Below are positions 13,901 through 23,963 of a stretch of DNA of 64,000 nucleotides, piece after piece. The position numbers and the translations under genes were made by a program. The stretch spans positions 37,138,001 to 37,202,000 of the forward strand of contig NC_045711.1 in assembly GCF_009834535.1 (NCBI RefSeq), given 5' to 3'. How positions within the stretch are numbered: position 1 is the first letter of the stretch; the number at the start of each line of letters is the position of its first letter. Below the pieces are notes generated by a model that worked only from the letters and a program-made list of their open reading frames with translations, had not been told where the DNA came from and did no database searches. This DNA is from Camelus ferus (taxonomy: Eukaryota).

Positions 13901-14639
13901 ATCTGCGCCTCCCCTTCCTATTGCTTTTATGCATCTTTTAAAACCTGAGCTTACGAGGGAATTTCAAGGGCAGTGGCACCTGAAAAAGTTGACTACCTTT
14001 TTTTTTTTTAAGTTGGAATTATTCATGATTGTCAAAAGGCACCTCAGGCAAATGGAAGAAGAACTACTACCAGGTGAACTAGAGCTCAGATTATAAAACC
14101 ACCCAACCAATGAAACTACCTTACATTCTCCTTTGGAACTTCAGCAGCCAAGCTTTTTTAGGCGCAGTATGAGACCCGAGTAAGTCATATTATAAAAAGG
14201 GCAATGTTAGAGATACACACAGGGTATTATGGGAGCACAAAGGATTCAGTACTATATTGCTTTTTCAAAAAAGAGTGAGATGAACNNNNNNNNNNNNNNN
14301 NNNNNNNNNNNNNNNNNNNNNNNNNNNNNNNNNNNNNNNNNNNNNNNNNNNNNNNNNNNNNNNNNNNNNNNNNNNNNNNNNNNNNNNNNNNNNNNNNNNN
14401 NNNNNNNNNNNNNNNNNNNNNNNNNNNNNNNNNNNNNNNNNGCTGGCAATGTAATCAAGGCCTCCATGACGTGGCCCATCCTAGACCATATCCCTTCACA
14501 CAATCTCCTTTCCAGTTACATCAACCAGCCCGTTCCCCCAAATCCCTGTACTTTCCTCTCCTCTCTTTTCTCCTCATTGTCTGTTCAAATACTCTTCTCC
14601 TATTTCTCTTTTTTAACACTAAAAGCATTTTAACTTTAT

Positions 14640-15330
14640 AATAATACCAGAAATTTGCAAAAATAGTACAAATAAATTTTTTTCCTAATTTATCTGAGAA
14701 TAAGTTGCTGACACAATGTCTAATAGTTCAGAGCAGGAGTTGGCACACTGGCCTGTGCTCAGATCTGACCTGCCAACTGTTTTCATACAGCTTGAAGGCA
14801 AGATGTTTTTCATATGTTTAAATTGTTGGAAAAAAATTAAAAGAATAATATTTCATGATACATGAAAATTAGTTACATGAAATTCAAATTTTGGTGTCTA
14901 TAAAAAGTTTTATTGGAACACAGCCATGCTTATCCTTTTATATTGTCTGAGCTGCTTTCACACTAATAGCAGAGATGAGTACTGCAACTCTTTCAGTGTC
15001 TTTCAGTCTCAAACAGTTCCTTGGTCTTTCCTTGATTTTTATGACTCAACACTTTTGAAGATAAAAGCCTAGTGAATGTGTAGACTGACCCGTAATTTGG
15101 GTTTGCCCGATGTTTCCTCATGATTAGATTTAGGTTATACATTTTTGGCAAGACTATCACAGAAGCGATGTTGTGTTCTTCACAGTCCATCTCCTATTAG
15201 ATGGCACATGATTTTAATTGGTCCCATCGGTGCTGATGTTGATTTAATTACTCGGTTATGGTAGTGTCTACCAGGCCTTTCCATTGTAAAGTTACTTGTT
15301 TTCTCTTTGTAGTTAATAAGTATTTTGTGG
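14640..15330 (-). mobile_element. L1MC-like 3'UTR remnant interrupted by MER58B
   Basis: AATTTGGGTTTGCCCGATGTTTCCTCATGATTAGATTTAGGTTAT is the inverted counterpart of the segment at about 100-140. Confidence 0.65.
14734..14990 (+). mobile_element. MER58B hAT-Charlie DNA transposon
   Basis: CAGGAGTTGGCACACT start; AAAGTTTTATTGGAACACAGCCATGC and ATGAAATTCAAATTT internal motifs. Confidence 0.8.
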
Positions 15331-15544
15331 GCTACCTCCACTTCAACTATTTAAATTCTATTCCAAGTAACAGTTCAAATGCCACTGTCTTCAAGCATTC
15401 CTAGAGCCTCAATTTCTCACTCTCCAATGCTGCTACAGCCTTCTGTGTCTTTATCAGCATTTAATCCTATTCTGAATGGTAGTTAACTATACTAATTACC
15501 CTCACCAACAACTCTACAGCTTGTAAGTAATAAAAAACAGACCA

Positions 15545-15770
15545 GAGTGTGGGTTCATGGTCAGGGCTCTGAAATTGGAAGACCTAGGTTTGACTTCAAA
15601 CTTTGTCACTTAATAACTATGTCACTTCAGGTAAGTTACTCACCTCTCCAAGCCTGTTTCAATTGGAAAATAAAATGATTAATTCCCACTGCACAAAGGG
15701 TTATGAGAATTAAACAATATAATCTGTGTAAAGAATTTATCACAGTTTCAAGCTCAATAAATGTTAGCTG
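15545..15770 (+). mobile_element. MIR SINE
   Basis: MIR core and tail (AAGTTACTCACCTCTCCAAGCCTG...CTCAATAAATGTTAGCT). Confidence 0.7.
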
Positions 15771-16839
15771 GCATTATATTTTGGCCTTTCTTGAATACAG
15801 GAACCCTGTGTTCTTTGTGCCCACCTGTCAAGGGCCAAGACATAGGTGGGAACTAAACAAATGTTAACAGAACAGAATGTTTAATTTTGGGATACTGATA
15901 TTTCTTGCATTGCACTAGGCTAATCCCTCCACCTCCCTCAATGCCCCCCCATGAATGCTGATTGTGGGTAAAATAGAGAATAAGAGCACTAATAAGTAAA
16001 CGTAAATTATGCAAACTTTCATACAAGTGGAGATGCTTTTTACTTTCAAAGAGCTATCACATCTGTGCTCATTTCATTCCCCCAAGACATCCATGAAATG
16101 ACTGCATATAGTTTTATAGAAGGCTATTCGTGAAACATCCCACCTCATTTCTGCTTCAGGGCCTTTGCACTTACTATTCTCTTCTGAAATGCTCTTCCTT
16201 TGGACATGTATACCCTGCGCCTCCATTTCACTGAAGTCTACTAAAATGTAACCATCTCTGAGAATCTTTTCCTTGTCACTCTCAGAAAGCCCCCCTATAC
16301 CTACACTCCCCAACCCCCACTTTCACTGTTTAATTATTATCACTCCAACTACAGTTCAAGCAAGGGCTTTGCTTTTTTCACTTAGAACGGTGCCTGGCGC
16401 AAAACAGAACCTCAGTAAGTATTTATTGAATGAATAAATGAACGCCTCCAACAAGGCACAGAGAAGCTAGTTAATTTCTCCACGGTTGCATAAAACTAGT
16501 GAATTTCACTACCAAACTTCACTGCAGCTTCCTACTAAAACGCAGGCTCTCAAAGGAATACAAAGGACGAAGGGAGCTTTGTTGAGAAGGCGTGAAGGCG
16601 GCAAAGATGCAAAAAGAAGTGAGAGAGCAGAATGGACAGTGAGACAACGACTCCTGCCCAGGGAAGGGGTTTTATGAATGGACAGTATGGAGGGAACCCC
16701 AGAATCTGTGTGTGTGGGTCGGGGCGGGGGGGAAGTTCATTCCCTTTCCCGTTCCACGCCAAAATTTACCCATCTGTAAAGTGAAAGGGGCAGATAGCAT
16801 TAACATCTCTTCTAAATTTGACATTACTCAATTTCCCAT

Positions 16840-17340
16840 CCCACCGAAGCAACGTTCCCACGCGGTTATCCCGCATCGGCTCACCTCCCGCCTGCTCAGC
16901 CAAAAACTCCGAATTCGCCACGGGAGACGGTGCTTCCGCCCCACGCCGCTGCACCGTCTGCGACTGTCGTCCGGAAGGACCCCGGAGACGTCGCGGTCGC
17001 GTTTCTGCCCCGGAGGACAGCCCTCTGCCTGAGGACCAGCTCGGAGGAATGCCGGCCGCGGACACATAAACTTACAAGGCAGAGTTGTGGGTCTCCCAGC
17101 CAAGGGGTGGGCTACTCCAAAGAAAGTGAGGCTTGAGGAGGCGTGAATCTGATCAGGCGCCTAGGGGCCACCCTGACGGGGGCCTTAGGGCCGGTCACGT
17201 GGGCAGGCTGTTGGAGCAGTTGCTGGGCAACCACACAGCGGCAGGGCATGGTCTACGCTGAGCGATCCTGCTCTGGCAATATCTGGGCAGCTCTAAAGAA
17301 AGGAAGGAAACCAAGTCCGCGGCTGCTGGGGTGAAGGTCA
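16840..17340. promoter_or_regulatory. CpG-island bidirectional promoter of EFTUD2 (minus) and CCDC103 (plus)
   Basis: Abrupt CpG enrichment; ETS-like CGGAAG cores near 16933-16938 and 16972-16977; E-box GTCACGTG 17194-17201; X-box-like GTTGCTGGGCAAC 17219-17231. Confidence 0.85.
16885..17000 (-). other. EFTUD2: EFTUD2 non-coding exon 1 (donor exact, TSS approximate)
   Basis: Strong donor GAG/GTGAGC at 16885/16884 inside the CpG island. Confidence 0.75.
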
Positions 17341-17702
17341 GGGGGCGGCAGGGTTAGGTGTTCTATTTATTTAATGACTGGGGAGGACTCAGAACTGGAC
17401 AGGAGCCGGGATACCTGAGTTCAGTTCCTGGCCAGCCCATTCTCTTTCTTCTTGTTCAGCTGGGAAGGGGAGGGCTCCTGGGTTGGTTGTAGACTACCTG
17501 CTTCCCTGCCCTAGGGCTGTTGATGATGACTTCGCCACATAATCTAGCTCAATACACTAGGAATCTGAGGTCAAAGGGGTCTCACAGCAAGTAAATGTCT
17601 GAGCCAAGACTAGAACCCTTATAGGTGATCTCCCTACAGAACGTGTCAATCAGCCTCAGATATGCGGAAGCTGCAGAAGTACCATGGCAAAACTAAAGAC
17701 GT

Positions 17703-17860
17703 GGGGGGGAGGGTGTAGCTCAAGTGGCAGAGACTATGCTTAGCATGCACAGGGGCCTGGGTTCAATCCCCAGTACCTCCTCTAAAAATAAATGAATAGA
17801 CCTAATTACCTCCCCCAACCAAAATAAAATAAAACATTAAAAAACAAACAAACAAACAAA
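17703..17860 (+). mobile_element. Camelid tRNA-Ala-derived SINE, long-tail form
   Basis: Head, CCTAATTACCTCCCCC block, A-rich tail, perfect 14-bp TSD AAAACTAAAGACGT at 17689-17702 and 17861-17874. Confidence 0.92.
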
Positions 17861-18065
17861 AAAACTAAAGACGTTGCCCAAGTACCTAAGGACCTGTGCT
17901 CCAGCCCTGAGCTGAACAGAGGGATTTGGCAACGGGGATCATTGAGCCCCTTTCTCTGCCACATCTACTTGATTTCCTGCTCAATCATTGCATCTGGTTC
18001 CTGGTTAAAGACATTTAACAATGGGTGAAATTTTATCCCTGGGTTCTAAAAGAGTAGGTTACAAT

Positions 18066-18188
18066 GGAGAGGGTGGAGTATAGTTCAGTGGTAGAGTGCA
18101 TGCTTGGCATGCACAAGGTCCTGGGTTCAATCCCCAATGCCTCCATTAAGAATTTTTTTTTTAAAAGAACACCAATATCTTTATATAT
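18066..18188 (+). mobile_element. Camelid tRNA-Ala-derived SINE, short-tail form
   Basis: Perfect 17-bp TSD AAAGAGTAGGTTACAAT at 18049-18065 and 18189-18205. Confidence 0.92.
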
Positions 18189-18342
18189 AAAGAGTAGGTT
18201 ACAATAGTTCTGCTTCTGCGTGAGGGCCTCTACCACAACTCACGAAAGAGTGAGCCCATGTGGAAGCATGAAGGGACTGAATTCTGAAATCCAAATGCTT
18301 CCTCAGCCAAAGCACCAGTATTAAAACATTTTTAGAGGCAGA

Positions 18343-18828
18343 ATAAAAAAGAATGAAAAATTGCCATTTGCAACAACATGGATGGACCTAGAGGGTATTA
18401 TGTTTAGATATTATGGGATATTACAAGGTATTATGAGTCAGACAGGTATTATGGTATTATGAATCGTACCATACGATTTCACTTATATGTGGAATCTAAA
18501 AATCAACAAATGAACAAGCAAACCAGAAACATTCATAAATACAGAGAACTGGTGGTTGCCAGAGGGGAAGGGAGTAGTGGGATGGGCAAAATAGAGTCAG
18601 ACAATTAAGAGGCACAAACTTCCAGTTATAAAATAAATAAGCCATGGGATTGTAATATACAGGATAGGGAATATAGTCAATAATATTGTAATAACTATAA
18701 ATGGTGGCAGATGATAACCAGACATCATGGTGATCATTTCATAATGTATATAACTGTCAAATCACTATGTTGTACACCTGAAACTAATATAACATTATAT
18801 GTCAATTATACTTCAATTAAAAATATAA
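18343..18828 (+). mobile_element. 5'-truncated L1 3' end
   Basis: CCATTTGCAACAACATGGATGGACCTAGAG...TATACTTCAATTAAAAA; imperfect 13-bp TSD TTTTA(G/C)AGGCAGA at 18330-18342 and 18829-18841; internal GGTATTATG microduplications. Confidence 0.85.
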
Positions 18829-19112
18829 TTTTACAGGCAGAGAACAAAATTAAGATAGGGATCCAGATTGAAAGTTGAGACTATTCTATTTTCAGTGACA
18901 ACAAGTCTTAAGCCCTCATTGTGCAACTCAGCTCCCCTCTGTAAAATAGAGAACTAGATTTTTTAACAGCCCCCCAAAATAAGTGACAAGATACCTAGAG
19001 TGCTTTGGGATCATTCTGAGGGCTGGCAAAGAACCCAGATGCACCCCCTACCCTGTCCCTGATACTGACCCTCTGCTGACATTCATTCCTTTCTCCTTCC
19101 CAGGCACAGGCC

Positions 19113-19255
19113 ATGGAAAGGAATGACATCATTGACTTCAAGGCTTTGGAAAAAGAGCTGCAGGCTGCAATCACTGCTGATGAGAAGTACAAACGGGAGA
19201 ATGCCGCCAAGTTACGGGCAGTGGAACAGAGGGTGGCTTCCTATGAGGAGTTCAG
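19113..19255 (+). CDS. CCDC103: CCDC103/DNAAF19 first coding exon, [47 protein letters not shown]
   Basis: GCCATGG Kozak, upstream CAG acceptors at 19103 and 19109, GT donor at 19256; N-terminal coiled coil. Confidence 0.97.
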
Positions 19256-19299
19256 GTTGGCTTAATGCCATTTTTCTCAGGCTCTCCTGTTATGGTGGA

Positions 19300-19530
19300 C
19301 TATAGTGGATAAGAGCATGTGCTTTGGAGTCAGACAATCCTGGGCTCTGTCTTGGCCCTACCCTCTGCTACCTGTGTGATCTTGTACAAGTTATTTAACC
19401 TCTCTGAGCCTCTATTCCTCATCTGTAAAAGAGAGTAACCATTGTGATTAAATGAGTTATCACATATAAGATTCTGAGCACATCTGGCATGTGGGAAGTG
19501 TTCAAAAGCTGTCAGCCATTGTTGCTGCTG
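19300..19530 (+). mobile_element. MIR SINE
   Basis: GCTTTGGAGTCAGACAATCCTGGG...AAGTTATTTAACCTCTCTGAGCCTC...CATCTGTAAAA. Confidence 0.75.
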
Positions 19531-19651
19531 TTTTTATTATTATTGTCATATTGGCCTGCCAACAGATTCAGCCTGTGTCATGAAAGTCCAGCCATCTCAT
19601 ACCTACAGACAGCATTAGGTTCATCCCCTAATCTCTGTCCTTTGCCCACAG

Positions 19652-19784
19652 GGGTATTGTCCTTGCATCACATCTGAAGCCACTGGAGCGGAAGGACAAG
19701 ATAGGAGGAAAGAGGACTGTGCCCTGGAACTGTCACACTACTCAGGGAAGGCCCTCCCAGGACGAAACCACTGAAATTTCCCGG
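19652..19784 (+). CDS. CCDC103: CCDC103 second coding exon, [44 protein letters not shown]
   Basis: 133 nt, AG/GT flanks, phase consistent. Confidence 0.97.
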
Positions 19785-20451
19785 GTAGGTGGGGCCCAGC
19801 AGGATTCTCTGCCATGAACCTCCAATCCTGTCTCCTTACATTTTCCTTATTTCTCATGTTAGGCCAACAGAGGCAGGTTTCTGCCTCCAGTCTCAGAAAG
19901 AAGAGCAACCAGCAGGTGGTGGGGCTGAAACTGGGCAGTACAAGTCAGAAAGGTGGGCTAGGCAGACCCCTTGCAGTCAGTCCTCTGGCTTGCATTCCCA
20001 GATCAGATTTGGGTTGCTCTGCCTCCAGGTTCTATAGTATAGAGTACATGATCCTCTGGCAGTGTTAGGAGGGAGATCCAGCATGTCAGATCCTTAATAC
20101 TCATATTGAGTTCCTGTCTCTCCCCCTGAGGTTTCAAATCATCCTTCAAGCCCTATCAGAGCAAACTCTGACTTAACTCTCGCAGAACAATTCTCTGTCC
20201 ACATTCATTGGCAGGAAAATCCTGGTACAACTGAGAATCTCAAATCATAGCCTGCGTTCCTTGGGACCCTCCCTCCCCATCCCATCCCCAGTTGCCTTGT
20301 CTGAAAATGAGGCCCACAGGGACCACAGCCTTCCCAAGGCTCAGAGAGTGGTACCAGAGCTTAGATGAAAACCCACAGGCTCCCCTCACTGTCACTGTCA
20401 CAGAGCAGCTGGAAGCGCTCTGGACTCCCCTTTCCTCCCTTTGTGATCCAG

Positions 20452-20883
20452 GAGAAAACGTTCCCCCAGCCTGAGACCTCGGCTGAGTTCTACCGTGACT
20501 GGCGGCGATACCTGCGGAGTGGGCCAGAGCGCTACCAGGCCCTGCTGCAGCTCGGGGGTCCAAAGCTGCGCCTTCTCTTCCAGGTGGATGTGGGGTTTGG
20601 ACTTCTTGGGGAGATGCTGGTGGCACTGGCCAATCACGTGAGACCAGCTGACCGGTGGGTGGTGCTGGGGGTCCTGCGCAGCCTGGCCAGCACCGGACGC
20701 TTCAACCTGAACCTGAGCCTGATGAGCCATGCAGAGAGAGAGAGCTGCAGAGCCTTGTTTCAGAAACTGCAGGCCATGGGCGCCCCCAGCTCAGAGGAGC
20801 GGGATCTGGAGGAGCAGCCTGGTGGGCTCCAGGAGGTGGAGAGTCTCCTCCAAGAGCTGCTTAGGTTGTACCAGGTGGACTGA
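20452..20883 (+). CDS. CCDC103: CCDC103 last coding exon (RPAP3_C-like domain), ends LYQVD-stop; total protein 235 aa
   Basis: Pyrimidine tract plus CAG acceptor at 20451; 143+133+432 nt = 236 codons. Confidence 0.97.
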   Translation, partial: EKTFPQPETSAEFYRDWRRYLRSGPERYQALLQLGGPKLRLLFQVDVGFGLLGEMLVALANHVRPADRWVVLGVLRSLASTGRFNLNLSLMSHAERESCRALFQKLQAMGAPSSEERDLEEQPGGLQEVESLLQELLRLYQVD

Positions 20884-20901
20884 GGGGACTAGTTACCTGC
20901 A

Positions 20902-20915
20902 GAGCCCCCTAGTGG
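20902..20915 (-). promoter_or_regulatory. CTCF motif CCACTAGGGGGCTC in the CCDC103 3'UTR
   Basis: 13/14 match to CCASYAGRKGGCRS; motif only, binding not shown. Confidence 0.55.
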
Positions 20916-21237
20916 TCATTGGTGGCATTTTTTTGGTGGTTGTCCTGGGGGCTCTGCAGGGCAGTAATGAGAAGCCCACACCTGATTCCCTTCGAGACTT
21001 GGAATTTTCACAGCAAAAGCAGGCACTGAATCTCCCCCTCTCCTCCAACTTCTTGTGGGGCTCTGTATTCTGAACTATGTAGGTCCACAGGATGGTCAAG
21101 GGCCCAAGAAGTTGAAAGAGTTTTGCTTCCCGCCCTCAGAGTCGGCCAATCCTCTAGCCCATGGCTCTGAGAGATGGGTGTGCACCTAACCAAATGCTGG
21201 CGACACCAGTTACAGACTTCAGTCAAAAAAAAGGAAA

Positions 21238-21243
21238 AATAAA
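21238..21243 (+). terminator. Candidate CCDC103 poly(A) signal AATAAA
   Basis: First AATAAA downstream of the stop codon, about 355 nt after it. Confidence 0.55.
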
Positions 21244-21904
21244 ATCGTTAACCTTCCATAGTCAACAAACTCTGATCTCCTCAGCTCTTAACAAGAGTAT
21301 TTATAACCTAAACCCAATGAATGAACATTTAATTGGCAAGCAATCAAATGCTACTTCATTCCATGTGCAGTGTTTTTCCCCAGGGGCCGAGTTCCAGTGC
21401 AGGTTGGGCCTGAAAGCCCCAAGCCATCAGCTCAGGTCTGGTCAGTCTCCCAGACTTCTTAAGATGGCCCGGTGTGCAGGTGGGAGTGTTTCCTTCAACT
21501 GCTGAGTTAACCAAAGGGAAGGCCTTTCCACCAGGCAGGAAGGACAGAGCCTGGAGCAGAGAGACAGAGATTTCCCTGTCCCACCACCTGAACCCTTCTC
21601 ATTCCAGATTCCCCTGACCCATTCTTGGGTGAGTCAGTGTTCTAGAAAGGGAAGAGAGGGCCAGGTTCTAGAATGGTTTTCCCTCAAGATCATGTCTGGA
21701 ACATTAGAAGGGCATCTTGTACATCAAGTGGGAATAAATTGCCTTGTCTGTGGCAGCTTCCTCTGCAAATTGCGGCTTCTTTTCTTGGCTGCTTAATCCT
21801 TCCTTCATATAGATGCCTCCTCCCAGTAGTGATTTCTAGAAGCCCCATAGGCCTTTAGTGCCTTGATTTAGCCCCACTCCCTCAGACCCTTCCCTTGCAC
21901 GGCC

Positions 21905-23149
21905 ATGAACCTGGCCCACACCACCGTGCTCCTGTGGGTGTGGGGGAGTCTCCAGGCCTTTGAAATCGTGGAGAAGGAGAATATTTTTCAGAGGACCCCC
22001 TGCCCAGCTTTCCTGATGTTTGACAATGCAGCCTACCTGGCCGACATGAGCTTTGAGCTTCCCTGCCACTGCAAGCCCGAGGAGGTGTCTGCTGTCGTCT
22101 GGTACTATCAGAAGCACCTCGGAAGCAGCCACACCAAAGTGCTGACAGACTTCGATGGGCGGGTGCTGACAGAAGCAGCCCAGGTGCGCGTGGGCAGCGA
22201 CATGCTGGTCCGCTTCAGCATCCGCATGTTCAGCCTGCTGGTCTTCCGGGCCCAGCCCGAGGACTCAGGCTTGTATTTCTGCGGCACCCGCAAGGGGGAC
22301 TACTTTTATGCCTTCGACGTGGACATCCAGAGCAGTGAGGGAATGGTGGCCACCTTCAAGGACCAAGGCCAGGAGCCCTTTGCCGATGAGTACCACGGGA
22401 GCCTCCATGTCTTCACCACCTTCTGGGAGTGGACTCCCTGCGACCGCTGTGGGGTGCGTGGGGAGCAGTGGCGCATTGGCCTGTGCTACCTGCAGAGCCC
22501 AGACCTCTCCCCACGCTACCGCAAGACACGAAGTGACGTGGTGTCCTGTGGTTCGCAGGCTGTGCCGAGAAAGCTTCGGGCCAAGGCCAGTGACCATACC
22601 CCTGAGCTGCTCGTTCAGAGCTGCGTGGTCCCCTGCGAGAATAAGAAGAAGATCCAGGAGGGCGTGATGGCCATTATCAACTATGTGTCCAAAGTGGGCA
22701 GCCGGCCCTGGGTGCCCCAGGTGCCCATTCAGTTCCACCAGCAGAGGCTGGGCCATGGACTCATCATCTCCTGTCCGGGGGCCCGGCCAGAGCATGCCGT
22801 GGCCTGGGACAAGGACCACCAGTACCTCTACCGCACGCAGTACCTGAAGGGCGTCAACCGGTCCATGAGGGTGTTCATTGACCACGGCAACCATCTCCAC
22901 ATCCGCTTCACCCAGCTGGGAGACCGGGGCATCTACTACTGCTGGCGGCAAGGGGTGCGCATTGCTGGGTTCCGACTGGGCGTGACATCTCGAGGCCGCT
23001 ACCCCGTCTCACTTTCTGACCCCGAGACTCGCGCCGCCGTGGTGCTCACCCTGATAGGTTACTTGCTCATCACGTTCATCTTTGTCACCATTCACCTCTG
23101 TCGTTGCTGCTGTTACTTATTGCGCTGTTGTCCCAACTTCTCCCTCTAG
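21905..23149 (+). CDS. FAM187A: FAM187A, single-exon type I membrane protein of 414 aa (signal peptide, Ig-V, Cys/Trp segment, second Ig-like domain, TM, Cys-rich tail)
   Basis: Longest ORF in the window; LPCHC...WYY...DSGLYFC and ISCP...DRGIYYC Ig motifs; [24 protein letters not shown]; syntenic position between CCDC103 and GFAP. Confidence 0.95.
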   Translation: MNLAHTTVLLWVWGSLQAFEIVEKENIFQRTPCPAFLMFDNAAYLADMSFELPCHCKPEEVSAVVWYYQKHLGSSHTKVLTDFDGRVLTEAAQVRVGSDMLVRFSIRMFSLLVFRAQPEDSGLYFCGTRKGDYFYAFDVDIQSSEGMVATFKDQGQEPFADEYHGSLHVFTTFWEWTPCDRCGVRGEQWRIGLCYLQSPDLSPRYRKTRSDVVSCGSQAVPRKLRAKASDHTPELLVQSCVVPCENKKKIQEGVMAIINYVSKVGSRPWVPQVPIQFHQQRLGHGLIISCPGARPEHAVAWDKDHQYLYRTQYLKGVNRSMRVFIDHGNHLHIRFTQLGDRGIYYCWRQGVRIAGFRLGVTSRGRYPVSLSDPETRAAVVLTLIGYLLITFIFVTIHLCRCCCYLLRCCPNFSL

Positions 23150-23623
23150 GCTCTCTCTTGCCCAGTTGTGCTTAAATGTGTTTGTTAAAAGATACCAGAT
23201 GCCTCTGGGTGATCATCTTCGGCTGGGACATGTGGCAAGGGCATGTGGACAAGGTTGTCAGCTATAACCTGCTTCCCTTTTTCATGAGTGAGTCTGGGAC
23301 AGGATATGAGAAATGGGGAAGCCTGAGGCAGGTGGGAGATGGGGGACTGAGGCCGGGATGGAAGTAGCTAGGATGTACATGTCTTCTGATTTTACACTCA
23401 GAGAAGGGAGAAGTGAACTTAATGTTTATCAAATGGCCTATTTGGTGTTGAACAGTGTTTGAGGTCCTTTATTTTCTTGTCCTCAAAGATTGCCAAGTGA
23501 ACAATGGTTGAATTGGGGGTAGCAGAGAGAGGAAGAAGAGAGTCAGGGTACCTAGTATATATCCTCTTTGCCTTCCTCCCCAGCCTTGTCCTGGGACTGG
23601 CAGGTAGAAACAGTAGGTTGGGG

Positions 23624-23629
23624 AATAAA
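23624..23629 (+). terminator. Candidate FAM187A poly(A) signal AATAAA
   Basis: First AATAAA after the FAM187A stop codon. Confidence 0.45.
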
Positions 23630-23957
23630 GGCAGAAACTAGAACAGGGGGAATGGGTGAGGAAAGTGGAGATTGAATTGAGGGTTTTCCTAAGACACTGC
23701 ACCCAGCCTGGGGGCTGGGGGTGAGAAGAGAGGCAGGAACCAAAGGCAGGGGGAGGGGCACCAGGGCTGCAGGGCCGAGCAGAGTTGGAGGTGGGATTTG
23801 TCATGTGGCTGCTGCTGAAGGAGCCTGGGGTTCCAAGATGATCAGTGATAAGAAGCAAGTCATGTCTTGTCCAAGGCTGCTTTCTGCCCCCTTCCCGCAG
23901 CCCCATCCTCTACCAAACAGATCAGAGTCCACTCTGGGGAAGGCCACAGCAATTGTC

Positions 23958-23963
23958 TTTATT
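23958..23963 (-). terminator. GFAP: GFAP-alpha distal poly(A) signal
   Basis: Minus-strand ATAAATAAAGACAATTGCTG context, which I recall as the end of the GFAP 3'UTR. Confidence 0.7.

Noticed and set aside
17523-17568. Possible C/D-box snoRNA (ATGATGA...CTGA)
   Set aside because: Only about 46 nt between the boxes and no convincing terminal stem
17703-17782. tRNA-Ala(AGC)-like sequences here and at 170, 2689, 8681, 18066, 51361 and 55722
   Set aside because: They carry SINE tails and usually TSDs, and have stem-breaking substitutions; they are SINE heads, not tRNA genes
22265-22951. 228-aa antisense ORF
   Set aside because: Shadow of the GC3-rich FAM187A coding strand; no independent features
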